64,000 nt of DNA. Source: Bacteroidetes bacterium GWF2_33_16 (GTDB taxonomy: Bacteria > Bacteroidota > Bacteroidia > Bacteroidales > UBA12077). Position 1 is the first letter of the stretch; each line of letters starts with the position of its first letter. Made by a program: the position numbers and the translations under genes. The DNA lies in contig MEOE01000011.1 in the NCBI GenBank assembly GCA_001768565.1, forward strand, positions 140,803 through 204,802. The letters are read 5' to 3'. Below the pieces are notes generated by a model, which saw only the letters and a program-made list of their open reading frames with translations, was not told where the DNA came from and made no database searches. Below are positions 19,119-26,521 of this stretch, piece after piece.

Positions 19119-19130
19119 GTATATTTGCTA
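19119..19130 (+). promoter_or_regulatory. GTATATTTGCTA box (plus-strand copy): -7 element TATATTTG plus candidate operator for the radical-SAM operon
   Basis: Exact 12-mer, 27 nt upstream of the ATG at 19155. The flanks are also similar (GCTAATAAT versus GCTATTATT). TTAGTAT direct repeats lie at 19116 and 19136. Confidence 0.45.
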
Positions 19131-19154
19131 ATAATATTAGTATTATATAGCTAA

Positions 19155-20426
19155 ATGTTGACCGAAACTATCAATAAACTAAAAATATTAGCAGGAGCAG
19201 CCAAATACGATGTTTCGTGTGCATCGAGTGGAAGCAATAGGCCTAATACCGGCAAAGGCTTGGGCAATGCTGCACCGTGGGGAATATGCCATAGTTTTAC
19301 CGAAGACGGAAGATGTATTTCGTTGCTAAAGCTAATGCTAACCAACTACTGTATTTACGATTGTGCCTATTGTGCAAACAGAAAAAGCAATGATATTCGG
19401 CGTACAACATTTACCGTGATCGAAGTGGTTGAATTAACCATTGCGTTTTATCGCAGAAATTATATCGAAGGCTTATTTTTAAGTTCGGGTGTAATTGTAA
19501 ATCCTGATTATACCATGGAACGTATGGTTCAGGTGGCTAAAGATCTTCGTATAAAACATAATTATCATGGGTATATTCATTTAAAATCGATTCCGGGAGC
19601 CAGCGACGAGCTTCAGCAAAAAGCAGGCTTATATGCCGACCGGTTAAGTGTTAACATAGAAATTGCTACTGAGCCCAACCTGAAGATGCTTGCTCCGGAT
19701 AAGAATTATATGAGTATCATGAATCCCATGACAACCATAAAAAATAAAATCATAGAGAATAAAGAAGATAGACGAAAGTTCAGGTCTGCACCTCGTTTTT
19801 CGCCTGCCGGGCAAAGCACTCAACTTATTGTAGGAGCAACACCCGATAGTGATAAGCAAATATTATCGTTGGCCGGCAATCTGTATACAAATCAAAACCT
19901 GAAACGGGTATATTATTCGGGATTTATTCCGGTAAACAGCTACGATAAACGTTTGCCTGCTCTTGCTGAGCCTCCATTACGACGCGAAAACAGGCTTTAT
20001 CAGGCCGACTGGCTATTCCGGTTCTATCATTTTTCTATTGAAGAGATTGTAAATGATAATCACCCTGATCTTGATCTGGAGATTGATCCTAAACTCAGCT
20101 ACGCATTACGTAATCCATGGCTATTTCCTATTGATATCAATAAAGCCAGCTACGAAACGCTGCTTCGTGTACCCGGCATTGGTGTTAAGTCGGCCAAACT
20201 GATTGTTGTAAGCAGACAATACAACAAGCTTACAACTGAGAACCTTAAGAAAATAGGTGTGGTGCTTAAGCGTGCAAAATACTTTATTACGTGTAACGAG
20301 CTAAAAATGCCAACAGTAAACGAAATTTCGCCCGAATATGTGCGAAAAGCTCTCTTATCAGATAACGTACAAGCTAAAAACAATAACAAATCTAAACTGT
20401 ACAAACAATTAAGTCTATTTCCTTAA
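19155..20426 (+). CDS. putative DNA modification/repair radical SAM protein (TIGR03916-like)
   Basis: Radical SAM CX3CX2C (CIYDCAYCANR), an additional N-terminal Cys-rich segment, and a C-terminal helix-hairpin-helix (LLRVPGIGVKSAKLIV). Confidence 0.75.
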   Translation: MLTETINKLKILAGAAKYDVSCASSGSNRPNTGKGLGNAAPWGICHSFTEDGRCISLLKLMLTNYCIYDCAYCANRKSNDIRRTTFTVIEVVELTIAFYRRNYIEGLFLSSGVIVNPDYTMERMVQVAKDLRIKHNYHGYIHLKSIPGASDELQQKAGLYADRLSVNIEIATEPNLKMLAPDKNYMSIMNPMTTIKNKIIENKEDRRKFRSAPRFSPAGQSTQLIVGATPDSDKQILSLAGNLYTNQNLKRVYYSGFIPVNSYDKRLPALAEPPLRRENRLYQADWLFRFYHFSIEEIVNDNHPDLDLEIDPKLSYALRNPWLFPIDINKASYETLLRVPGIGVKSAKLIVVSRQYNKLTTENLKKIGVVLKRAKYFITCNELKMPTVNEISPEYVRKALLSDNVQAKNNNKSKLYKQLSLFP

Positions 20427-20444
20427 AACTAAAAACAATACACT

Positions 20445-21254
20445 ATGAATCTATTTATATACGATCAGTCATTCGAAGGCTTACTTTCTGCAATACACGA
20501 TGCACTGGAAACAGGTATTGTGCCCGATAAGATTGTCAGTACCCGCTTATACCAGGATGATTTATTTGCCACCAAGTTTGATATAGCTACTGATTTGGAA
20601 AAATCAGAGAAACTGTGGGATATGGTAAGGATTAAATCGAGTAAACAGAATTGCGAACGGATTTATACTGCTTTTTTATCTGAACTACCAGAAATAGAAT
20701 TGGTTATATATAATTACATAAAGTTGATTATCAATATGCCATATAATACAGAAGCTGATTTTAGCAACGATTATGTAATAAAAATAAATGCTATTTATCG
20801 CAAGGTATCGCGCGAAGCCCAGCGTATTCTTATGTTTGTGCGATTTCAAAAAACAGTTGACGATATTTTTTATGCATCGCACGATCCGCAGTACAATGTA
20901 TTGCCATTGGCTGTTAAGCACTTTAAAAATCGCTTTGCCGACCAGAAATGGGTAATTTTCGATACCCGTCGCAGATTTGGCTATTATTACGATCTGCATG
21001 ATGTACGGGAAATCACTATCAGCAATAAAAAGATAAGCTTTGAAACAGGAAAAATAGATAATGACATTATGCATGTTAGCGAGAAACTTTTTCAGAATCT
21101 CTGGCAAAACTATTACAATGCCATAAATATAAGGGAAAGGAAGAACCTTAAAGTGCATATGCAGTTCTTGCCCAAGCGATTCTGGAAATATCTGCCCGAA
21201 AAAGACCTTATAAAAAACAGGCAGATAGAAAACAGCATTGTTACTGTAGAATAG
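20445..21254 (+). CDS. TIGR03915/DUF4130-like putative DNA metabolism protein
   Basis: About 270 aa, immediately (18 nt) after the radical SAM gene, which is the obligate pairing described for this family. N-terminus MNLFIYDQSFEGLLSAIHDA is typical. Confidence 0.65.
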   Translation: MNLFIYDQSFEGLLSAIHDALETGIVPDKIVSTRLYQDDLFATKFDIATDLEKSEKLWDMVRIKSSKQNCERIYTAFLSELPEIELVIYNYIKLIINMPYNTEADFSNDYVIKINAIYRKVSREAQRILMFVRFQKTVDDIFYASHDPQYNVLPLAVKHFKNRFADQKWVIFDTRRRFGYYYDLHDVREITISNKKISFETGKIDNDIMHVSEKLFQNLWQNYYNAINIRERKNLKVHMQFLPKRFWKYLPEKDLIKNRQIENSIVTVE

Positions 21255-21321
21255 CGGGTAGAGAAGAACTACCTTTTGCAAAGTCTCTTTATTTCTATTA
21301 AAACATTTTCTTTCTTTTTCA

Positions 21322-22467
21322 ATGGATTCAAGAAGTATTGTTCATATGGATTTGGATACGTTTTTTGTATCTGTTGAGCGGCTCGTAAATAGCAGCCTGA
21401 ATGGCAAGCCTGTAATTATAGGAGGAATGTCGGACAGAGGAGTTGTGGCCAGTTGCAGCTACGAAGCACGTATGTTTGGTGTGCATTCGGCCATGCCAAT
21501 GAAAGTAGCCCGTATACTTTGTCCTCATGCGGTTTATATCCGGGGAGACATGGAACAATACAGCAAATATTCGTCGGTAGTGACTCAGGTTATTGCAGAG
21601 CGTGCACCTGTATTTGAAAAAGCATCAATTGATGAGCATTACATCGATATTACAGGAATGGATAAGTTCTTTGGCAGTCTTAAATGGACACGCGAACTAC
21701 GTCAGCAGATAATAAAAGAAACCGGATTACCAATTTCTTTTGGGCTTTCGGTAAACAAAACTGTTTCGAAAATAGCTACTGGCGAGGCGAAACCATATGG
21801 CGAAATGAATGTTCCGGGCGAAATAGTTAAACCTTTTCTTTGGCCTTTATCCATAAAAAAGATGCCCATGATAGGCGATAAGACATTTCGTTCGCTCCGT
21901 ATGATGGGCATCGATACCATTGGTACACTAAGTCTTATTCCCCAGGAAATAATGGAAAAGACTTTTGGAAAGAACGGTGTTGAGATGTGGAAACGATCCA
22001 ATGGTATTGATTTTACACCTGTAAAACCCTATGTGGAACAAAAGTCGATGAGTACCGAAAGAACATTCGACGAGGATATTATTGATGTAAAGCTGTTGCA
22101 GACAAAATTACTCGGAATGGTCGAGAAGCTTTGTTACGACCTGCGCCGGGATAATAAACTCACATCCTGTATTACAGTTAAAATACGCTATTCGAATTTC
22201 GATACCCATACACAGCAAAGACGTATTCCTTATACATCGCTCGATTTTCAGCTGAACGAGGTGGCTCAGGAATTATTTCTGAAGGTGTTTAATCGCCGTA
22301 TGCGGGTACGATTGATAGGAGTAAGATTCAGTCACATGGTTTACGGAACACAGCAACTATCATTATTCGATGATACACCTAAAATGATGCGTTTGTATTA
22401 TGCAATAGACAAGATGAAAATACGCTATGGAATAAAAGCCATAAAACGGGCCATCTTCCTGAAATAA
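21322..22467 (+). CDS. dinB: DNA polymerase IV (Y-family, DinB type, catalytic residues intact)
   Basis: HMDLDTFFVSVE (catalytic Asp pair), SIDEHYIDIT (Asp-Glu), and little-finger region. 381 aa. Confidence 0.85.
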   Translation: MDSRSIVHMDLDTFFVSVERLVNSSLNGKPVIIGGMSDRGVVASCSYEARMFGVHSAMPMKVARILCPHAVYIRGDMEQYSKYSSVVTQVIAERAPVFEKASIDEHYIDITGMDKFFGSLKWTRELRQQIIKETGLPISFGLSVNKTVSKIATGEAKPYGEMNVPGEIVKPFLWPLSIKKMPMIGDKTFRSLRMMGIDTIGTLSLIPQEIMEKTFGKNGVEMWKRSNGIDFTPVKPYVEQKSMSTERTFDEDIIDVKLLQTKLLGMVEKLCYDLRRDNKLTSCITVKIRYSNFDTHTQQRRIPYTSLDFQLNEVAQELFLKVFNRRMRVRLIGVRFSHMVYGTQQLSLFDDTPKMMRLYYAIDKMKIRYGIKAIKRAIFLK

Positions 22468-22582
22468 ACTATTGTTTGGTTTATTAATACGATAACTATT
22501 TAAAAACTTGATATTTATTTGATCTTTTAGATGATTGGAAATGGAATATTGGAATATTGAAAGGGTTAAATTATATATCAGC

Positions 22583-22613
22583 TTAGCTCACTTTAATTTA
22601 CTTTAGCTCACTT
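22583..22613 (+). repeat. direct repeat TTAGCTCACTT x2 (20-nt period) ending 4 nt before the dnaE2 start
   Basis: 22583-22593 and 22603-22613 are identical 11-mers. TGGAATAT x2 lies further upstream at 22542-22557. Confidence 0.7.
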
Positions 22614-22617
22614 CCCT

Positions 22618-25617
22618 ATGTATCTCAACTGCCATTCATATTACAGCCTTCGTTACGGCACCATGACCATTGAAGATTTGGTCGCAGAGGCCAGAAAATA
22701 TGGTATTCATAGTTTGGCTTTGACCGATATAAACAACACAATGGGAATGATGGATTTTATAAAAGAGTGTAATGAAAATGATATTCAGCCAATTGCCGGT
22801 GTAGAGTTTCGTAATGGCAATGATTTATTGTATATCGGAATATCGAAAAATAACATAGGCTTTGCTGAACTAAATGAATTTTTAACGCATCACAATCTGA
22901 ACAAGCTCAAATTGCCCGAAATAGCGCCCGATTTCAATCATGTATATATAATCTACCCATGGAGTAAGAATAATACAAAAAAACTAGCTAAAAATGAATG
23001 TTTTGGCATAAAACCAACACAAATACCTGGGCTTATAACCTTAGGGAATCGTTTAATGCTGGAAAAACTTGTTGTATGGCATCCTATAACACTTAAATCC
23101 AAAGCCGATTTTGAAGTGCATCAGTGCTTGCGGGCTGTTGATAATAATACACTTATATCAAAACTAACATCTCTGCAAATGGCTCAGCCAGACGAAGTGA
23201 TTATGTCAACAGACAATCTTTTAGCTTATTATTCACAATATCCACAAATCATAAAAAATACAGAAAATATTTTAAGTAACTGCAGTATAGGTTTTGATTT
23301 TAAGGCACATAAGAATAAAAAAACCTTCACTGGTGATAGAAATGATGACAAATTACTCCTAGAGAAACTTGCATATGATGGTTTGAAATACCGATATGGC
23401 GATAAAAACAAGAGAGCCCTTGAGCGTGTGCAACACGAACTCGAAGTAATTGATAATCTTGGTTTTTCGGCATATTTCTTAATTACCTGGGATATTATCC
23501 GCTATTCGCAGAGCCGAGGTATTTATCATGTGGGTCGCGGTTCGGGAGCCAATAGCATTGTTTCGTACTGTTTACAAATTACCGATGTCGACCCAATTGA
23601 GCTAGACCTGTATTTTGAGCGTTTTATCAATCCCAAACGAACCAGTCCACCTGATTTTGATATTGATTATAGCTGGAAAGACCGTGATGAGATTCAGGAT
23701 TATATATTTAAACGTCATGGAAAAAAATACACTGCTTTGCTTGGAGCAACATCTACTTTTAAGGATCGGGCAATAATTCGTGAGTTAGGAAAGGTGTATG
23801 GCTTACCCAAAGAAGAAATTGATGAATTATCCCATAATCCTCACAAAATAGCTGCTGACGATGTTATTGCCCAAAAAATCATGAATATTGGCCACAGCAT
23901 AATGGATTTTCCCAATACGAGAAGTATTCATGCAGGAGGAATATTAATATCTGATCAGCCAATAACAAACTATGTTGCGCTTGATTTGCCACCCAAAGGG
24001 TTTCCAACTACCCAATGGGACATGTATGTAGCCGAGATGATCAATTTTGAGAAACTCGATATTTTGAGTCAGCGAGGAATAGGCCACATAAAAGAATGTG
24101 TTGATATTGTACTTGAAAATAAGCATGAAAAGATTGATGTCCATCGTGTGCGTGATTTTAAGAAGGATATCAAAGTAAATCAGAAGCTTCATGATGGCGA
24201 TGCTATCGGCTGTTTTTACATTGAGTCGCCAGCAATGCGTGGGTTATTAAAGAAATTGCAATGTAACGATTATATTCGTTTGGTGGCGGCCAGTTCGATT
24301 ATTCGTCCGGGAGTAGCTAAATCAGGGATGATGAAGGAATATATTAAGCGATTTCATAATCCGGATGGTTTTAAATATTTACACCCGATTTTTGAGCAAC
24401 AGTTAAAGGAAACCTTTGGCGTAATGGTTTATCAGGAAGATGTAATTAAAATTGCGCATCACTTTGCCGGACTTGATCTATCTGATGCGGACATCTTGCG
24501 GAGAGCTATGAGTGGAAAACACCGGTCAAAACAAGAGTTTGAGCGTATACGAAGTACTTATTTTAACAATTGTAAACAGCGAGGTTATTCTACAGAATTG
24601 GCAGATGAAGTGTGGCGGCAGATAGCATCTTTTGCTGGTTATGCATTTTCAAAAGCCCATTCGGCTTCGTATGCAGTGGAGAGTTATCAGAGCTTATATC
24701 TAAAAACCTATTTTCCGCTTGAATTTATGGTAGCAGTAATCAATAATTTTGGTGGATTCTATCATACATGGGTATATGTAAACGAAGCCAGACAGCTGGG
24801 TGGCAATATACTTTTGCCATGTGTAAACAACAGTACATATGTTACACGAATCACAGGAATTGATATATATCTTGGCTTTGTGCATATAAAAAGTCTGGAA
24901 GAAAAACTTGTTAAACAGATAATACAAGAGCGAAATGCCAGAGGTGTTTACAAAAATTTTTATGATTTTTTAAACAGAGTAATCATTGGAATTGAGCAAC
25001 TTAAGACATTGATCAGAGTGGGGGCAATGCGTTTTGCAAACAAAACAAAACAACAGTTATTATGGGAAGCACATTGGTATTTTTCGAAAGACACAAAGCT
25101 AACAAAGGTAAATGCGTTGTTTGATGAACCTGTAAAAGATTTTCACCTGCCTGAGCTGGCACACAGCAAAATAGAGGATGCGTATGACGAAATCGAATTA
25201 CTTGGTTTTCCTATATCTTTTACACGGTTCGATCTACTAAAAACATCGTATCGCAGCCAGGTTTTTGCTACGGATTTGACTAATCATATTGGTAAAAAAG
25301 TACGTATGCTAGGTGATCTGGTTACTATTAAATATGTTCATACAGTCAAGAAAGAGTGGATGCATTTTGGATGTTTTCTTGATGAAAAGGGAAAGTTCTT
25401 TGATACGGTGCATTTTCCCGATACAGTTAAAAAATATCCGTTTACAGGTTATGGTGTGTATCTTATTATGGGAAAGGTAGTTCAGGAGTTTGGTTTTCCG
25501 AGTATAGAAGTGGAAAAGATAGCTCGTTTACCTTTTCAGGATGATCCACGTTTTGCCGATAAGAAAACGATTATACAACAACATTTGAAGGATATTAAGA
25601 AAGCTTCAAGCTATTAG
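22618..25617 (+). CDS. dnaE2: error-prone DNA polymerase III alpha paralog (DnaE2/ImuC type)
   Basis: N-terminal PHP domain (MYLNCHSYYSLRYGT), polymerase core (GRGSGANSIVSYCLQITDVDP, PDFDIDY) and an OB fold. At 999 aa it is shorter than replicative DnaE. It lies in an operon with dinB under a LexA-like repressor. Confidence 0.8.
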   Translation: MYLNCHSYYSLRYGTMTIEDLVAEARKYGIHSLALTDINNTMGMMDFIKECNENDIQPIAGVEFRNGNDLLYIGISKNNIGFAELNEFLTHHNLNKLKLPEIAPDFNHVYIIYPWSKNNTKKLAKNECFGIKPTQIPGLITLGNRLMLEKLVVWHPITLKSKADFEVHQCLRAVDNNTLISKLTSLQMAQPDEVIMSTDNLLAYYSQYPQIIKNTENILSNCSIGFDFKAHKNKKTFTGDRNDDKLLLEKLAYDGLKYRYGDKNKRALERVQHELEVIDNLGFSAYFLITWDIIRYSQSRGIYHVGRGSGANSIVSYCLQITDVDPIELDLYFERFINPKRTSPPDFDIDYSWKDRDEIQDYIFKRHGKKYTALLGATSTFKDRAIIRELGKVYGLPKEEIDELSHNPHKIAADDVIAQKIMNIGHSIMDFPNTRSIHAGGILISDQPITNYVALDLPPKGFPTTQWDMYVAEMINFEKLDILSQRGIGHIKECVDIVLENKHEKIDVHRVRDFKKDIKVNQKLHDGDAIGCFYIESPAMRGLLKKLQCNDYIRLVAASSIIRPGVAKSGMMKEYIKRFHNPDGFKYLHPIFEQQLKETFGVMVYQEDVIKIAHHFAGLDLSDADILRRAMSGKHRSKQEFERIRSTYFNNCKQRGYSTELADEVWRQIASFAGYAFSKAHSASYAVESYQSLYLKTYFPLEFMVAVINNFGGFYHTWVYVNEARQLGGNILLPCVNNSTYVTRITGIDIYLGFVHIKSLEEKLVKQIIQERNARGVYKNFYDFLNRVIIGIEQLKTLIRVGAMRFANKTKQQLLWEAHWYFSKDTKLTKVNALFDEPVKDFHLPELAHSKIEDAYDEIELLGFPISFTRFDLLKTSYRSQVFATDLTNHIGKKVRMLGDLVTIKYVHTVKKEWMHFGCFLDEKGKFFDTVHFPDTVKKYPFTGYGVYLIMGKVVQEFGFPSIEVEKIARLPFQDDPRFADKKTIIQQHLKDIKKASSY

Positions 25618-25690
25618 CTTTTAGCTACAAACTTATATTTATTATGATCAACAATTTGACTCAAATATCTGAAAAATCGTATATTTAGAT

Positions 25691-25725
25691 AACTTTTAAC
25701 TTCAAACTTATAACTTTAAACTTCT
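25691..25725 (+). repeat. five phased heptads AACTTNN directly upstream of the SRAP start codon
   Basis: AACTTTT AACTTCA AACTTAT AACTTTA AACTTCT (25691-25725), then T, then ATG at 25727. Confidence 0.85.
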
Positions 25726-25726
25726 T

Positions 25727-26515
25727 ATGTGTTACTGGGTAGGAACAAAAAAAGTACGTGAGGCGATGAAAAAGCAATTTCAGGAAAATCCTGAAGATGA
25801 AATTGCTCAATTGTATTACGAAGCATTCATTGCACAAGAGAATAATCCACATATTACCATGCAAGAGCATTGGGTTGCTATTGGTAAATCAGAACCAAAA
25901 ATAACATGTGCAGTAAAGGAAAATGAAAAGCTACAGCTAAAAAACATGAAATGGACATTAGATTGGGCTTATAGAGATTCAAAAACAAGAGAAACAAAAA
26001 AGGGTAGGTCTTTACTAAACTCAACCTGCGAAAAAGTATTCTGGCAACATAAGGGTTTAATTTATTCGAAACGTTGTATTATTCCTGTTGATGGATATTT
26101 TGAATTTTATCATTTCAAAGGTAAAACATATCCTCATTTCATTTACCCTGTTGATAAGGGGATTTTTTATTTAGGTGGAATATGGAATAGCATGGTAAAT
26201 ACTAAAACAGGTGAGATAACTGATAGTTTTTCAATTATAACCACTCCACCAAATGAAATTACGCAGAAACTGCATAATAATCCTGATTCGCCAAACGGAC
26301 CAAGAATGTTACTTATTGTCGATAAATCCGAAGCCAACAAATTCCTCAACCCAGAAATTTCTGCTCATGAGATTAAAACTTTTTTTAATCCGTATGATGC
26401 AAAAAATATCTTATATCATCCTACAATTCCATTTTTGCGTAAGGAATTTGCCGAACAAGCTAATACAGAGAAAGTTCAGCAACCACATTATTATCCTGAA
26501 TTAGATGCAGCTTAG
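25727..26515 (+). CDS. SOS response-associated peptidase (SRAP / YedK family, abasic-site sensor)
   Basis: Begins MCYW (Cys2 nucleophile). Size and motifs (IPVDGYFEF, SFSIITTPPN) fit the SRAP family. Confidence 0.75.
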   Translation: MCYWVGTKKVREAMKKQFQENPEDEIAQLYYEAFIAQENNPHITMQEHWVAIGKSEPKITCAVKENEKLQLKNMKWTLDWAYRDSKTRETKKGRSLLNSTCEKVFWQHKGLIYSKRCIIPVDGYFEFYHFKGKTYPHFIYPVDKGIFYLGGIWNSMVNTKTGEITDSFSIITTPPNEITQKLHNNPDSPNGPRMLLIVDKSEANKFLNPEISAHEIKTFFNPYDAKNILYHPTIPFLRKEFAEQANTEKVQQPHYYPELDAA

Positions 26516-26521
26516 CAAACA

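Noticed and set aside
20685-21281. 198-aa minus-strand ORF, one of the longest 'extra' ORFs in the track
   Set aside because: It lies entirely antisense to the DUF4130/TIGR03915-like gene, which has a syntenic partner and a sensible start. Its product is I/F/Y/K/N-rich low-complexity sequence, typical of the reverse frame of an AT-rich gene.
21322-22467. Y-family polymerase considered as ImuB (the inactive partner of DnaE2)
   Set aside because: It retains the catalytic DxD and DE residues (HMDLDTFF, SIDEHY) and has DinB length, so I call it DinB-type rather than ImuB.
18134-25617. SOS cassette next to tRNA-Gly considered as a horizontally acquired island (it looks GC-richer)
   Set aside because: My hand counts give about 38-45 percent G+C for sample lines of the cassette versus 22-28 percent for nearby accessory genes, but a gyrA line also gives about 38 percent. 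The difference may therefore reflect protein conservation. No integrase is present, and I did not notice a direct repeat of the tRNA 3' end by eye.
26253-26504. 83-aa plus-strand ORF overlapping the 3' half of the SRAP gene in another frame
   Set aside because: It is an out-of-frame overlap with a gene that has family motifs along its whole length, and there is no separate start context.
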